Shown here: in pieces, positions 36,467-47,015 of the stretch
Layout of the letters: each line of letters starts with the position of its first letter
How positions within the stretch are numbered: the stretch's first letter is position 1
Origin: an uncultured Bacteroidota bacterium
GTDB lineage: Bacteria > Bacteroidota > Bacteroidia > Cytophagales > Amoebophilaceae
Length of the DNA: 64,000 nt
NCBI GenBank assembly: GCA_942492555.1
Contig: CALOEX010000004.1
Location: forward strand, 11,875 to 75,874
Reading direction: 5' to 3'
The notes under the pieces: generated by a model
What the model was told of the DNA's origin: nothing
The model's input: the letters and a program-made list of their open reading frames with translations, nothing else
The model's database searches: none
Made by a program: the position numbers and the translations under genes

Positions 36467-36864
36467 ACCTCGTAGTGCCAGGGGCAAATGCAACGCCAGG
36501 ACCACCAGTTGGTACAGCACTAGGTAGCAAAGGAATCAATACAAGAGACTTTTGTCTACAATTCAATGCAATGACGCAAAATCAAAAAGGAAAATTATTG
36601 CGTACCCTTGTTATTGTACATCCCGATAAAAGATTTGATATCATTATCAAAGGAGAGCCTACCACAAAACTTATCAAAGAGCAACTCAATATAGAAAAAG
36701 GATCTGCTGAGCCAAACCGAAATAAAGTAGGAAAACTAACCCAAACCTCTATAGATAAAATCATCCAAGCAATGGGAGATAATCTGCAAGGATTTACTAA
36801 AGAAGCAAAAAAACGCATTATTCAAGGGACAGCATCCAGTATGGGAGTGGAAATTGAAAAATAA
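36451..36864 (+). CDS. rplK: 50S ribosomal protein L11 (divergent)
   Basis: PGPPVGTALGSKGIN..FC..FNA, KGSAEPNRNKVGKLT, GTASSMGVEI. Overlaps the nusG 3' end by 16 nt. Confidence 0.88.
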   Translation: MATTVNLVVPGANATPGPPVGTALGSKGINTRDFCLQFNAMTQNQKGKLLRTLVIVHPDKRFDIIIKGEPTTKLIKEQLNIEKGSAEPNRNKVGKLTQTSIDKIIQAMGDNLQGFTKEAKKRIIQGTASSMGVEIEK

Positions 36865-36869
36865 TTATT

Positions 36870-37568
36870 ATGGCAAAACTTACAAAAAATAAACGCCTAC
36901 AAAAAGAAAAGTGTGATGTTACAAAACCATATGCACTTGCAGAAGGCATAGAAATACTAAAAGAAACACATACTGCCAAATTTGACAGTTCTGTGGATAT
37001 TGCAATTAACTTAGGTATAGATACAAACAACCCTTTACAAATGATACGTAGCACAGTTGTGTTACCACATGGTACAGGAAAAGTGCCACGCGTACTCGTT
37101 ATATGTACACCAGAAAAAGAACAAGAAGCAAAAGAAGCAGGAGCAGACCATGTAGGTCTAGATGAGTACATCAAAAAGATAGAACAGGGATGGACAGACG
37201 TTGACGTCATAGTTGCCATGCCTAGCTTAATGGTAAAATTGGGGCAATTAGGGCGTATTTTAGGACCAACTGGACTCATGCCAAACGTCAAAACAGGAAC
37301 AGTTACCCAAGAGGTAGGCAATGCAGTCCGAGAAATCAAAGCAGGTAAAATAAACCTAAGAGCAGATAAAACAGGAGGTATTATACATGCAAGCATAGGG
37401 CGTATATCCTTTTCTAGCGAACAAATTCAAGAAAATGCCAAAGAAGTAGTCAATGCAGTTTTAGTAGCTAGACATAGCACTGTAAAAGGAAACTACCTGC
37501 AAAAAGTAAGCCTTACCACAACCATGGGCTGTGGTGTAGAAATCATGTTAAACACCATAACTTCATAA
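36870..37568 (+). CDS. rplA: 50S ribosomal protein L1
   Basis: FDSSVDIAINLGID, VVLPHGTGK, LGRILGPTGLMPNVKTGTV, and synteny. Confidence 0.95.
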   Translation: MAKLTKNKRLQKEKCDVTKPYALAEGIEILKETHTAKFDSSVDIAINLGIDTNNPLQMIRSTVVLPHGTGKVPRVLVICTPEKEQEAKEAGADHVGLDEYIKKIEQGWTDVDVIVAMPSLMVKLGQLGRILGPTGLMPNVKTGTVTQEVGNAVREIKAGKINLRADKTGGIIHASIGRISFSSEQIQENAKEVVNAVLVARHSTVKGNYLQKVSLTTTMGCGVEIMLNTITS

Positions 37569-37570
37569 CT

Positions 37571-38086
37571 ATGATTAAAAAAGAGAAACAAATCCTTTTG
37601 GAAACATTAAAGCCTCTTTTTGATGGGTGCAATCTCTATATTGTTGATTGTGAAGGATTGCAAGCAAATCAAATATACATACTAAGATACCACCTGTATC
37701 AGGCAAATATAAAATGCAAGCACGTTTCCAACGCCATTTTGCAAATACTATTTCAAAACAGTATCTATACCCCATTAAAAGATGTTTTACAAAAAAGTTC
37801 ACTGCTACTTTTTGCCAAGGAAGACCCAAAAAAACCAGCACAGGTAATCAGAGACTTTAGAAAAAAACACAAAACAGACAAGCCGATTTTCAAAGGTGCT
37901 TTAGCTTATGAAGACTTATATGTAGGTGAAAAAAGCTTTGAGGAACTCATGCATATCAAGTCTCGTGAAGAGCTTATTGGAGACATTATTAGATTGTTGC
38001 AATCACCTGCCCAGCAGCTTGTCAATGTTTTGGAAAGTACACAAAACAACATTTGTGGTGTGATAAAAACCATAGAAGAAAAATAA
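37571..38086 (+). CDS. rplJ: 50S ribosomal protein L10
   Basis: Size and position between rplA and rplL; L10-like N-terminal region. Confidence 0.85.
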   Translation: MIKKEKQILLETLKPLFDGCNLYIVDCEGLQANQIYILRYHLYQANIKCKHVSNAILQILFQNSIYTPLKDVLQKSSLLLFAKEDPKKPAQVIRDFRKKHKTDKPIFKGALAYEDLYVGEKSFEELMHIKSREELIGDIIRLLQSPAQQLVNVLESTQNNICGVIKTIEEK

Positions 38087-38113
38087 ATTTTTAACCCTTA
38101 TAACCATAATATA

Positions 38114-38509
38114 ATGAGTGACGCAAACGTAAATAAAATAAAAAAACAAGCCGAAGAACTTGTGAATCTTACCATAAAAGAAGCCAAACAGCTTATTGAC
38201 ATTCTTAAGAATGACTATGGTATAGAAGCTGCTACTCCTGTTGCAGTTGCAACAGCTGGTATGCCAACTGTGGCTGCAGAAGATAAACCAGAAGAAAAAA
38301 CCATTTTTGATATAGTATTAAAATCTGGAGGAGCATCCAAGCTTGGTGTTATCAAAATTGTTAAAAACCTCTTGGAGCTAGGGCTTAAAGAAGCTAAAGA
38401 AACCGTTGATAATGCCCCAGCAACACTTAAAGAAGGAGTTCCTAAAGAACAGGCTGAAAAAATCAAAAAAGAGCTTACCGATGCTGGTGCAGAAGTAGAG
38501 CTTAAATAA
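38114..38509 (+). CDS. rplL: 50S ribosomal protein L7/L12
   Basis: LVNLTIKEAKQLIDILKNDYGIE, Ala/Pro hinge, FDIVLKSGGASKLGVIKIVK...GLKEAKETVDNAPATLKEGV.KEQAEKIKKELTDAGAEVELK. Confidence 0.97.
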   Translation: MSDANVNKIKKQAEELVNLTIKEAKQLIDILKNDYGIEAATPVAVATAGMPTVAAEDKPEEKTIFDIVLKSGGASKLGVIKIVKNLLELGLKEAKETVDNAPATLKEGVPKEQAEKIKKELTDAGAEVELK

Positions 38510-38525
38510 ACTTCATTTTTTTGCT

Positions 38526-38559
38526 TTTTGCCACTATGTATAATGATGTAGTGGCAAAA
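38526..38559 (+). terminator. Perfect 10-bp hairpin in the rplL-rpoB spacer (possible attenuator)
   Basis: ttttgccact-(14 nt loop)-agtggcaaaa. It is followed by an A-run rather than a U-run, so intrinsic-terminator status is uncertain. An rplL-rpoB attenuator is known in E. coli. Confidence 0.3.
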
Positions 38560-38597
38560 AAACAAAAAGCTTTATCCGTATATTATTACAATAAGCA

Positions 38598-41500
38598 ATG
38601 GACATAACCAATAACAACAACAGAGATTCTTTGATTATAGATCCTCTAAAAAAAAACAGTGCTAAAAAAGATTTGAAAGAAAAAGAGATTAAAAACTCCA
38701 AAGAAAAACAAATCCAAAAAGTTAGTACCCAAAAAATAGAAAAGCAAAAAAAACAGGATAGTGCAATAGAAAGAAAAAAAGAAAGAATAAGCTTTTCAAA
38801 GTTACCCTTTGAAAGTGAATATCCAGATTTACTAGCTTTACAAGTAGAGTCTTTCAAAAAATTATTTGAGATAGGAGACACACGTTTGCAAAAAGAACCC
38901 AAGAGACTTTTTAAAATCTTTGAAGAACTCTTCCCTATTTCCGATACAAGAGGAGATCTCAATTTAACCTTTTTAGGATACACCATTTTACCCCCTTGCT
39001 ACACACCCAATGAATGTCTTGAATTAGGCACAACATATGATGTTCCCCTTAAAGCTCATTTTAGGTTAACATGCAAAGATGGAGGGACTACACGCGTAGT
39101 AGAAGAAGAAGTATACCTATTAAATATCCCATACATGACCCCTAAGGGATCCTTTATTTTCAGAGGTACAGAAATTACCGTTGTATCACAACTAGAACGA
39201 TCCCCAGGTGTTTTCTTTTCACAAACAAAACACACAACAGGCGTAAATCTATACACTGCCAAAATCATCCCCGCAATAGGTACATGGAATGAATTCTTCG
39301 TTGACATGTACAATGTAATGCATGCCTATTTAGACCGAAGGAAAAAAATACCCGTAACACTTTTACTACGTGCCATAGGATATAGTAGCGACAAAGAAAT
39401 ATTACAACTTTTTGACCTAGCAGAAGAAGTCAATGTCAATAAAGTCACATTACAAAAATACAAAGGACGCACACTAGCAGGAAAAGTACTCAGAACTTGG
39501 AATGAAGAATACATCGATGTCGAAACAGATGAAGTAGTAACCATGCCACGTCACGAAGTAGTTTTAGACCGCAATACCATCCTAAACGATGAAGCTATAG
39601 AAAAAATTCTAGCATCAGGACAAAGAAAAATCATGTTATTAAAAGCAGACATAACTGAACATGACTTTTTCTTCATCTACACCACATTACAAGAAGATCC
39701 CACCAATTCAGAAAAAGAAGCTATTGAGTACATATACTGTCAATTCCGCAATTCTACACCAGGTGATGAAATAGTTACAAGAGAATTCGTAAAACAAATT
39801 CTCTTTAGTCCAAAGCGTTCTTTCCTAGGCCACATAGGTCGGCACTCACTCAACAAAAAACTAGGATATGAAACACCTAGAGAAGACTTTTTGCTCACAG
39901 AAGAAGACATTGTAGCCACCATTAAAGTCTTTCCAGACCTCATGAAAGGCAAACGAGCAACAGAAGATCTAGACAGCTTAGTAAACCGAATCGTACTTTT
40001 ATCTGGAGATCTTATATACCTAGCATTAGAACGAGGCGTAAAAGCCGCTGTACACTATGCACGAGAAACAATCAACAACCTTAGCGACGATCTTCCCACA
40101 CCCTTTGATATCATTAGTGGAAGCTATATAACATCAGTACTATCCACCTTCTTCAATATTGAGCCAAATGCACAGTATAAAGATCAAACCAATGCCCTTA
40201 GTGAGCTAGAACATAGCAGACGTATTACAAAAATAGGAAAAAACCTCACACAAGAAAGAGCTGGTATTGACGTGCGAGACGTACATCCTACACATTACGG
40301 TCGCCTATGTCCCATATCAACACCAGAAGGTGCCAACATTGGTCTTATCAGTCACTTTGCTCTCAATACACGCGTCAACGAACTAGGCTTTTTAGAAGCC
40401 CCATACAAAAAAGTAGACAACAAAAAAATCAAAATAGACCAAACAGTATACTTAACAGCAGAAGAAGAAGAAAAAAAATTAATTGCACAATATACATTAG
40501 CTGTTAACAAAGAAGGATTAATAACAGAAAATAGCATCATTGCCAGAGATTCAAAAGGAGAATTCCACCGAACATCACCTGAAAAAGTAGATTATATAGA
40601 CGTTCGTAGCGACATGGCATTTTCAGCAGCAGCCTCCTTAATACCTTTTATTTCCAATACAGAACCAGGACGTGCAACAGGAGGAGTAAACATGCAACGC
40701 CAAGCAGTTCCTCTATTGACACAACAAGCACCCATTGTAGGTACTGGGCAAGAAAAACGCATTGCAAAAGACTCCTGTGTCCTCATTGTAGCAGAAGAAG
40801 ATGGGATAGTACACTATGTAGATGCCAATAAAATCATCATCAAAGAACATGTCCCCAAAGAATTTGAAGAATTATTATATGAGCCACCCTTCAAAACCTA
40901 TCATTTAACACGTTTACAACCCACAAACCAAGGCATTGCCATTATACATAAACCCATTGTCTCCAAGGGACAAAAAATCAACAAAGGAGATTTTCTGTGC
41001 GAAGGCTACACCATTAAAGACGGAGAGCTAGCACTCGGGCAAAATTTACGTGTTGCCATCGCTGCTTGGGGAGGCTTTAACTTCGAAGATAGTATTGTAG
41101 TATCAGAAAGAGTAGTAAAAGAAGACCTGCTAACATCCATACACATCGAAGAATTCAGCGTAGACCTATTCAATACAAAATTAGGATCTGAAGAATTCAC
41201 ATCAGACATTCCAGGCGTTAGTGAACAAGCACTAAAAATATTAGATGAAAACGGTATTGTAAAACTTGGTACAGAAATAAAAGAAGGAGATATCCTCGTT
41301 GGAAAAATCACCCCACAAAGCAATGAAACACCATCTCCAGAAGCAAAGTTAATAGCGGCTATCTTCGGAGAAACCGCTAGCAATGTAAGAGACACCTCTT
41401 TCCGAGCACCCTTTGCTTGTAAAGGAACCGTTATTGGTACCAAAATACTTTATGGACAACAAGTACGCCAACAAAAATCAAAAGATATAGAAAAACAAAT

Positions 41501-42683
41501 CACCCAGTTAAACAAAACTTTCTTGCAGAAGCTATCACACCTTTGGGATATAACCATGAAGAAACTTTTTACCATCTTGCGAATAGAAGAACGAAAAGCC
41601 CCTAAGCATTCAGATGAAGCTGTAAAAAGACTCTTCAACTTACTCCAAAGGCAAAAACTTCACAATATCACAGAGAAAGACGACAAGAAAAACATGGATC
41701 ATAGCAGTGAAATAACACCAGAGTTCTTAGAAGAGTATTTCTTTTCAGTTTTTGCAAAAAAGAAAGAAACAGGCAAGAAAAATTTAGCACAAGAACCAGC
41801 TACCAACGGCTCCTACAAATTTGTAGAAGAAAAAAACGTCAATGCAAAAATCCAGTTCTTGTATGAAAAATTTAAAAAGGAATATACACAAATCAACATA
41901 CAATACAGAAGAGAAAAGAAAAAAATACAGACAGGACATGAACTTCCTCCAGGAGTACTCAAACGTGCCAAAATTTACATTGCACAAAAATGCAAAATAG
42001 AAGTAGGAGACAAACTTTCAGGTAGACACGGAAACAAAGGCGTTATCTCCAGAATAGTTCCTGAAGAAGATATGCCCTACCTCGAAGATGGCACACGCAT
42101 GGACATTATATTAAATCCCCTATCCTCTGTATCCCGTATGAATCTAGGACAACTCTTCGAACTCCTCCTAGGTTGGGCAGGCGATAAACTAGGACATAAC
42201 TATGCTGTCCCCATATTTGAAAAACCAACTATAGAACAAATAAACAAAGAGCTAGCAAAAGCAGGATTACCTGCATTTGGACTCACTAAACTTTATGATG
42301 GATTAACAGGAGAACCTTTTGAGCAACTTGTGACCTGTGGTGTAATCTATATCCTAAAATTGGTACACATGGTCAACAAAAAAATCCATGCTCGCTCCAC
42401 AGGACCCCATGCCCTCATTACACAACAACCATTAGGAGGACGTTCACGAGACGGAGGACAAAAGTTTGGAGAAATGGATTGGTGGGCATGTTCTGCACAC
42501 GGCGTAGCCTATACTACCCTAGAAATGTACACAACAAAATCAGATGATGTCCGTGGTAGAAGAGAAGCGCTAGAAGCTATTTACGAAGGTAAAAACCTAC
42601 CTACACCATCCGTTCCTGAATCATTAAAATTCCTAGAACAAATACTTTATGCTTTAAGCATTAACCTTACATTCATATCCTAA
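38598..42683 (+). CDS. rpoB: DNA-directed RNA polymerase subunit beta
   Basis: Conserved blocks include GRHGNKGVISRI, NPLSSVSRMNLGQ and GGQKFGEMDWWA. 1361 aa with a Lys-rich N-terminal extension. Confidence 0.98.
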   Translation: MDITNNNNRDSLIIDPLKKNSAKKDLKEKEIKNSKEKQIQKVSTQKIEKQKKQDSAIERKKERISFSKLPFESEYPDLLALQVESFKKLFEIGDTRLQKEPKRLFKIFEELFPISDTRGDLNLTFLGYTILPPCYTPNECLELGTTYDVPLKAHFRLTCKDGGTTRVVEEEVYLLNIPYMTPKGSFIFRGTEITVVSQLERSPGVFFSQTKHTTGVNLYTAKIIPAIGTWNEFFVDMYNVMHAYLDRRKKIPVTLLLRAIGYSSDKEILQLFDLAEEVNVNKVTLQKYKGRTLAGKVLRTWNEEYIDVETDEVVTMPRHEVVLDRNTILNDEAIEKILASGQRKIMLLKADITEHDFFFIYTTLQEDPTNSEKEAIEYIYCQFRNSTPGDEIVTREFVKQILFSPKRSFLGHIGRHSLNKKLGYETPREDFLLTEEDIVATIKVFPDLMKGKRATEDLDSLVNRIVLLSGDLIYLALERGVKAAVHYARETINNLSDDLPTPFDIISGSYITSVLSTFFNIEPNAQYKDQTNALSELEHSRRITKIGKNLTQERAGIDVRDVHPTHYGRLCPISTPEGANIGLISHFALNTRVNELGFLEAPYKKVDNKKIKIDQTVYLTAEEEEKKLIAQYTLAVNKEGLITENSIIARDSKGEFHRTSPEKVDYIDVRSDMAFSAAASLIPFISNTEPGRATGGVNMQRQAVPLLTQQAPIVGTGQEKRIAKDSCVLIVAEEDGIVHYVDANKIIIKEHVPKEFEELLYEPPFKTYHLTRLQPTNQGIAIIHKPIVSKGQKINKGDFLCEGYTIKDGELALGQNLRVAIAAWGGFNFEDSIVVSERVVKEDLLTSIHIEEFSVDLFNTKLGSEEFTSDIPGVSEQALKILDENGIVKLGTEIKEGDILVGKITPQSNETPSPEAKLIAAIFGETASNVRDTSFRAPFACKGTVIGTKILYGQQVRQQKSKDIEKQITQLNKTFLQKLSHLWDITMKKLFTILRIEERKAPKHSDEAVKRLFNLLQRQKLHNITEKDDKKNMDHSSEITPEFLEEYFFSVFAKKKETGKKNLAQEPATNGSYKFVEEKNVNAKIQFLYEKFKKEYTQINIQYRREKKKIQTGHELPPGVLKRAKIYIAQKCKIEVGDKLSGRHGNKGVISRIVPEEDMPYLEDGTRMDIILNPLSSVSRMNLGQLFELLLGWAGDKLGHNYAVPIFEKPTIEQINKELAKAGLPAFGLTKLYDGLTGEPFEQLVTCGVIYILKLVHMVNKKIHARSTGPHALITQQPLGGRSRDGGQKFGEMDWWACSAHGVAYTTLEMYTTKSDDVRGRREALEAIYEGKNLPTPSVPESLKFLEQILYALSINLTFIS

Positions 42684-42693
42684 AAACATTGAT

Positions 42694-45600
42694 ATGTCCC
42701 AAAGAAAACATCCAATAAACGCCAATTTCAAACAAATTGCCATTAGCCTAGCTTCACCAAAAAGCATATTAGAAAGATCTTTTGGTGAAGTTATCGAACC
42801 AACCACCAAAAATTATCGTACCTACAAATCCGAAGAAGGAGGACTTTTTTGCCCCCGTTTATTTGGTCCAGAAGAAAGTTGGGAATGTGCTTGCAAAAAA
42901 CTCAAAGGCATCAAATATAGAGAAAATACATGTGATCGTTGTGGCGTAGAAGTAAATGACAGAAACGTTCGTCGTGATCGAACAGCACACGTAAAAGTAG
43001 CTGTTCCTGTTGTACATCCATTCTTTTATCGTTATCAACCCAACGTCATCAGCTTATTACTCGATATTCCAGCCAAAAAACTAGAAAGTCTCATATACTA
43101 TGCCTCCTACATAGTCATACAACCAGGAGTCAAAAATAAAGAAGAAATTCAAGCAATGGATTTCCTTACCATTAAAGATTATTATAAACATTTGGCTACT
43201 TTGCCCAAAAACCAAAATCTATCCGATAATAACCCCGATAAATTCATTGCCCAAATAGGAGCAGAAGCCATTAAAACCCTATTATCCAAAATTGATTTAA
43301 CAAGTCTCTCCAAAGAGCTACGTATAAAAATAGATGAAGAAACATCACGACAACGACGAACACAAGCCATTAAAAGATTAGAAATTGTCGAATCTTTCTT
43401 AACGTCAGAACGCAATGGGCATCCCAATCAACCCGAATGGATGATATTAGAATACATTCCCGTCATATCCCCAGAATACCGCCCTGTAGTAGCACTCAAC
43501 AATGGTAGATTTGCCACCTCAGACATCACAGAGCTTCTCAAGCGTCTGATCATGCGAAACAACCGCCTTAAAAAAATTAAAAGCATGCAAGTGCCAGGGT
43601 TGATTGAATTGCATGAAAAACGTATGATCCAAGAAATAGTAGATGCACTTTTCGACAATTCTACCAGAGGTGATAAAAGCATGATGGAAAGCGGTCGTCC
43701 CCTCAAATCCTATGCAGCAATGCTCACAGGAAAAACAGGACTTTTGCGAGGGAATCTTCTCGGTAAGCGCGTAGATTACTCAGGTCGTTCCGTCATTACA
43801 GTAAACCCCAACTTAAAACTTTACGAATGCGGTCTTCCCAAAGAAATGGCCCTTATTCTTTTCCGACCTTTTGTCATTCAAAAACTCAGAAAACGAGGAC
43901 TTATCAAAACTTTTAGAGAAGGAAACAAATTCATTGAAAAAAAACCCAAAGTAGTTTGGGAAATTCTTGATAAGCTAACACAAAAGCACCCTGTTATACT
44001 CAACCGTGCTCCAACTTTGCACCGTTTAAGTATTTTAGGATTCTATCCAAGACTTACAGAAGGCAAGTCTATACAAATACATCCACTTGTTTGTACACCT
44101 TTTAACGCAGACTTCGATGGTGACCAAATGGCTGTACACGTACCTTTAAGCCAAGAAGCTATAGCCGAATGCGCCATGGTTTTACTTGCTCCCCATAACT
44201 TACTCAACCCCTCCAACGGGCAACCTATCATGTTGCCAACAAGAGAAATAGTATTGGGTATATACTATCTAACCAAAGGATGCGAAAGTTTAAATGGAAA
44301 ACCACTGCAAGGTACAGGAATGATATTTGCAGACACAGAAGAAGTCATCAGTGCTTACAACAGTAAAAAAATCCATAAAAACGCCTACATCAAAGTAAGG
44401 ATTACAAACAGCAAAAACAAGAACGAAATCATTGACACCACTGTAGGACGCGTTATTTTCAACACGTACCTCCCCGATAAAATTGATTTTGTCAACGAAA
44501 CCATCAACAGTAAAAAACTAAGAAATATTGTAATCGAAGTTTATAATAAAACAGGTATTGAGCGTACAACCATCCTTTTGGATGAACTAAAACAACTTGG
44601 TTTTCAACAAATGCACGAAGGAGGTCTCACCTTTGGCATCGAAGACATGAAAACACCCAAATTGAAAGAAAAAATTATCCAAAAAGGATACGAAGACGTA
44701 CAACAAATTAAAGATAACTTCGCTTTAGGTCTTATTACACGAAATGAAAGATACAACCAGATTCTCGATACTTGGACAAAAGTAAACAACAAACTCACAC
44801 GAGATTTACGAGAAGAACTCAAGGAAGACAAAGGAGGCTTTAACACCGTTTTCATGATGATGGATTCAGGTGCCAGAGGATCCATCGACCAAGTCAAACA
44901 AATTTGCGGTTGGCGCGGACTCATGTCCAAACCACAAAAATCATCCGATGGTAAAGAAGGTATCATCGAACAACCCATCATCGCTAGCTTTAGAGACGGT
45001 CTTTCTCCTGCTGAGTACTTTATTTCCAACCACGGTAGCCGTAAAGCTCTTTCAGACACTACACTTAAAACAGCCGATGCCGGTTACTTTAACAGAAAAC
45101 TCATAGATCTTGCCCAAAATGTCATTATATCCGAAGTTGATTGTCAAACACTCCGAGGACGTACCATTACACCTATATACAGCAGTGGACAGCTACAAAT
45201 CTCCATTGGTGACCAAGTTCTAGGACGAGAACTCGTACAAGATCTGATTGATATTAAAAACGATAGTGTATTCTTAAAGCGAGGTACACATATTACCAAA
45301 GAACTAAGCAAAAAAATCGATGATATTGGCTTAACTTCCGTGGTTGTTAGATCCCCCATCTTCTGCGAATCCCCATTCGGCATATGCTCCCATTGCTACG
45401 GAATCAACTTAGGAACACAAAAAATAGCATCTATAGGAGACGCAGTAGGAAACATCGCTGCCCAATCCATATCAGAACCAAGCACACAGTTTACATTACG
45501 TATGTTCCACTCAGGAGGTGCCGTTTCCAGTAGCAGTGTCGAAGAACTCGTTACTTCTGTAGAAGATGCCCATGTACAGCTAACCAACTTGAAACTATTA

Positions 45601-46941
45601 AAATCCAAAAATAAAAACATAGTGATCAACCGTGGTTCTGAGCTCAAAATCATTAGCGATAAATCACATCAAGAAATACAAAGCACCATTTTACCCTACG
45701 GTACCATCTTGCATGTAAAAGATAACCAACATGTCAAAAAAGGAGCTTTACTCTTTGAATGGGATCCTTATAAAATACCCATCTTAACAACAGTTGCAGG
45801 TAAAGTTATCTTTGATGCCATTGAAGAAGGCATTACCTATAGAGAAGAATACAATGAGCAAACAGGATATCGTGAAAAAATCATCATTGAATCACAAGAT
45901 AAATACAAAGTACCAACCATCATCATTGAAGATCAAAAAGGACAGCGCACACATTATATGATTCCAGAAAAAGCACATATTTCCGTAGATGCAGGACAAC
46001 AAGTAGAAGCAGGCGAAATCCTCGCTAAAATTGCACGTCCCAAAAGCACACCTGAAAACATCGTTGGTGGTCTACAGCGTATCACCAAACTATTTGAAGT
46101 ACAAGGAACCATGAACCAAGCCGTCATATCACATATTGATGGACAAGTGAGCCTAGGAGAGAAAAAACGTGCTAAAATAGAAGTAAGTGTCACTGGAAAA
46201 GACGGTAGACAAAAAAGCTATAAAATTCCCATGTCCAAACAACTCCTAGTACAGGATGGAGATTTTGTAAAAGCTACTAATATGCTTTGTGATGGACTTG
46301 TTTCTGTCAAAGATATCTTAGAAGTAAAAGGAGTGGATGGATTTTGTAACTACATGATACAACAAGTGCAAGAAGTTTATAGGTTACAAGGCATTACCAT
46401 TGCAGACAAACACTTAGAAATCATTTTGCGCCAAATGTTGCAAAAAATTAAAGTAATATCAGCAGGAGATACACACCTTATACCAGATCAAACAGTTAGC
46501 AAATATGCCTTTAGAAAAGCAAACCAACTCATTCGCAACAAACGTATCATTACAAATCCAGGTGATACACAGTTCAAAAAAAATGAAGTGGTACTACCCT
46601 TTCAACTAGAAGCAGAAAACAAAGCCATTAAAGACAGTGGTTTCAAACCAGCAGAATCTAGACCCGTGAAACCAGCTATTGGAAAATTCAAAGTACAAGG
46701 TATCACCTCTTCAGCCGTAAGTGGTGACAGCTTCTTAGCAGCCATGTCATTTCAAGAAACCATCAAAGTCATCGTTCGCTCCTCCATTGCAGGAAAAATC
46801 GACAAACTACGTGGTATCAAAGAAAATATCATTGCTTGTAAACCATTCCCCGCAGGTACAGGTATGAAGCAATACAACAACTTACGTGTTACTGCCAAAG
46901 AAGTAGAAAAAGCCTTGGTTGAACAAAACGATAAGAGTTAG
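42694..46941 (+). CDS. rpoC: DNA-directed RNA polymerase subunit beta'
   Basis: Zn-finger CACKKLKG...CDRCGVEV, NADFDGDQMAVHVP catalytic motif. 1415 aa. Confidence 0.98.
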   Translation: MSQRKHPINANFKQIAISLASPKSILERSFGEVIEPTTKNYRTYKSEEGGLFCPRLFGPEESWECACKKLKGIKYRENTCDRCGVEVNDRNVRRDRTAHVKVAVPVVHPFFYRYQPNVISLLLDIPAKKLESLIYYASYIVIQPGVKNKEEIQAMDFLTIKDYYKHLATLPKNQNLSDNNPDKFIAQIGAEAIKTLLSKIDLTSLSKELRIKIDEETSRQRRTQAIKRLEIVESFLTSERNGHPNQPEWMILEYIPVISPEYRPVVALNNGRFATSDITELLKRLIMRNNRLKKIKSMQVPGLIELHEKRMIQEIVDALFDNSTRGDKSMMESGRPLKSYAAMLTGKTGLLRGNLLGKRVDYSGRSVITVNPNLKLYECGLPKEMALILFRPFVIQKLRKRGLIKTFREGNKFIEKKPKVVWEILDKLTQKHPVILNRAPTLHRLSILGFYPRLTEGKSIQIHPLVCTPFNADFDGDQMAVHVPLSQEAIAECAMVLLAPHNLLNPSNGQPIMLPTREIVLGIYYLTKGCESLNGKPLQGTGMIFADTEEVISAYNSKKIHKNAYIKVRITNSKNKNEIIDTTVGRVIFNTYLPDKIDFVNETINSKKLRNIVIEVYNKTGIERTTILLDELKQLGFQQMHEGGLTFGIEDMKTPKLKEKIIQKGYEDVQQIKDNFALGLITRNERYNQILDTWTKVNNKLTRDLREELKEDKGGFNTVFMMMDSGARGSIDQVKQICGWRGLMSKPQKSSDGKEGIIEQPIIASFRDGLSPAEYFISNHGSRKALSDTTLKTADAGYFNRKLIDLAQNVIISEVDCQTLRGRTITPIYSSGQLQISIGDQVLGRELVQDLIDIKNDSVFLKRGTHITKELSKKIDDIGLTSVVVRSPIFCESPFGICSHCYGINLGTQKIASIGDAVGNIAAQSISEPSTQFTLRMFHSGGAVSSSSVEELVTSVEDAHVQLTNLKLLKSKNKNIVINRGSELKIISDKSHQEIQSTILPYGTILHVKDNQHVKKGALLFEWDPYKIPILTTVAGKVIFDAIEEGITYREEYNEQTGYREKIIIESQDKYKVPTIIIEDQKGQRTHYMIPEKAHISVDAGQQVEAGEILAKIARPKSTPENIVGGLQRITKLFEVQGTMNQAVISHIDGQVSLGEKKRAKIEVSVTGKDGRQKSYKIPMSKQLLVQDGDFVKATNMLCDGLVSVKDILEVKGVDGFCNYMIQQVQEVYRLQGITIADKHLEIILRQMLQKIKVISAGDTHLIPDQTVSKYAFRKANQLIRNKRIITNPGDTQFKKNEVVLPFQLEAENKAIKDSGFKPAESRPVKPAIGKFKVQGITSSAVSGDSFLAAMSFQETIKVIVRSSIAGKIDKLRGIKENIIACKPFPAGTGMKQYNNLRVTAKEVEKALVEQNDKS

Positions 46942-47015
46942 TAACCTTGTATACATTGTTTAGTCCATCATGCGTCAATAAACCTATTTATACAATAAAT
47001 TAGTTTTTCAAAAAA

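Noticed and set aside
36818-38986. Long antisense ORFs 36818-37396 (192 aa) and 38534-38986 (150 aa). Similar cases are 5839-6312, 18029-18499, 41006-41443 and 44604-45059.
   Set aside because: All lie opposite strongly conserved genes (rplA, rpoB, the HD protein, the permease, rpoC). They have low-complexity Ser/Cys/Leu-rich translations, typical of shadow ORFs in skewed AT-rich DNA.
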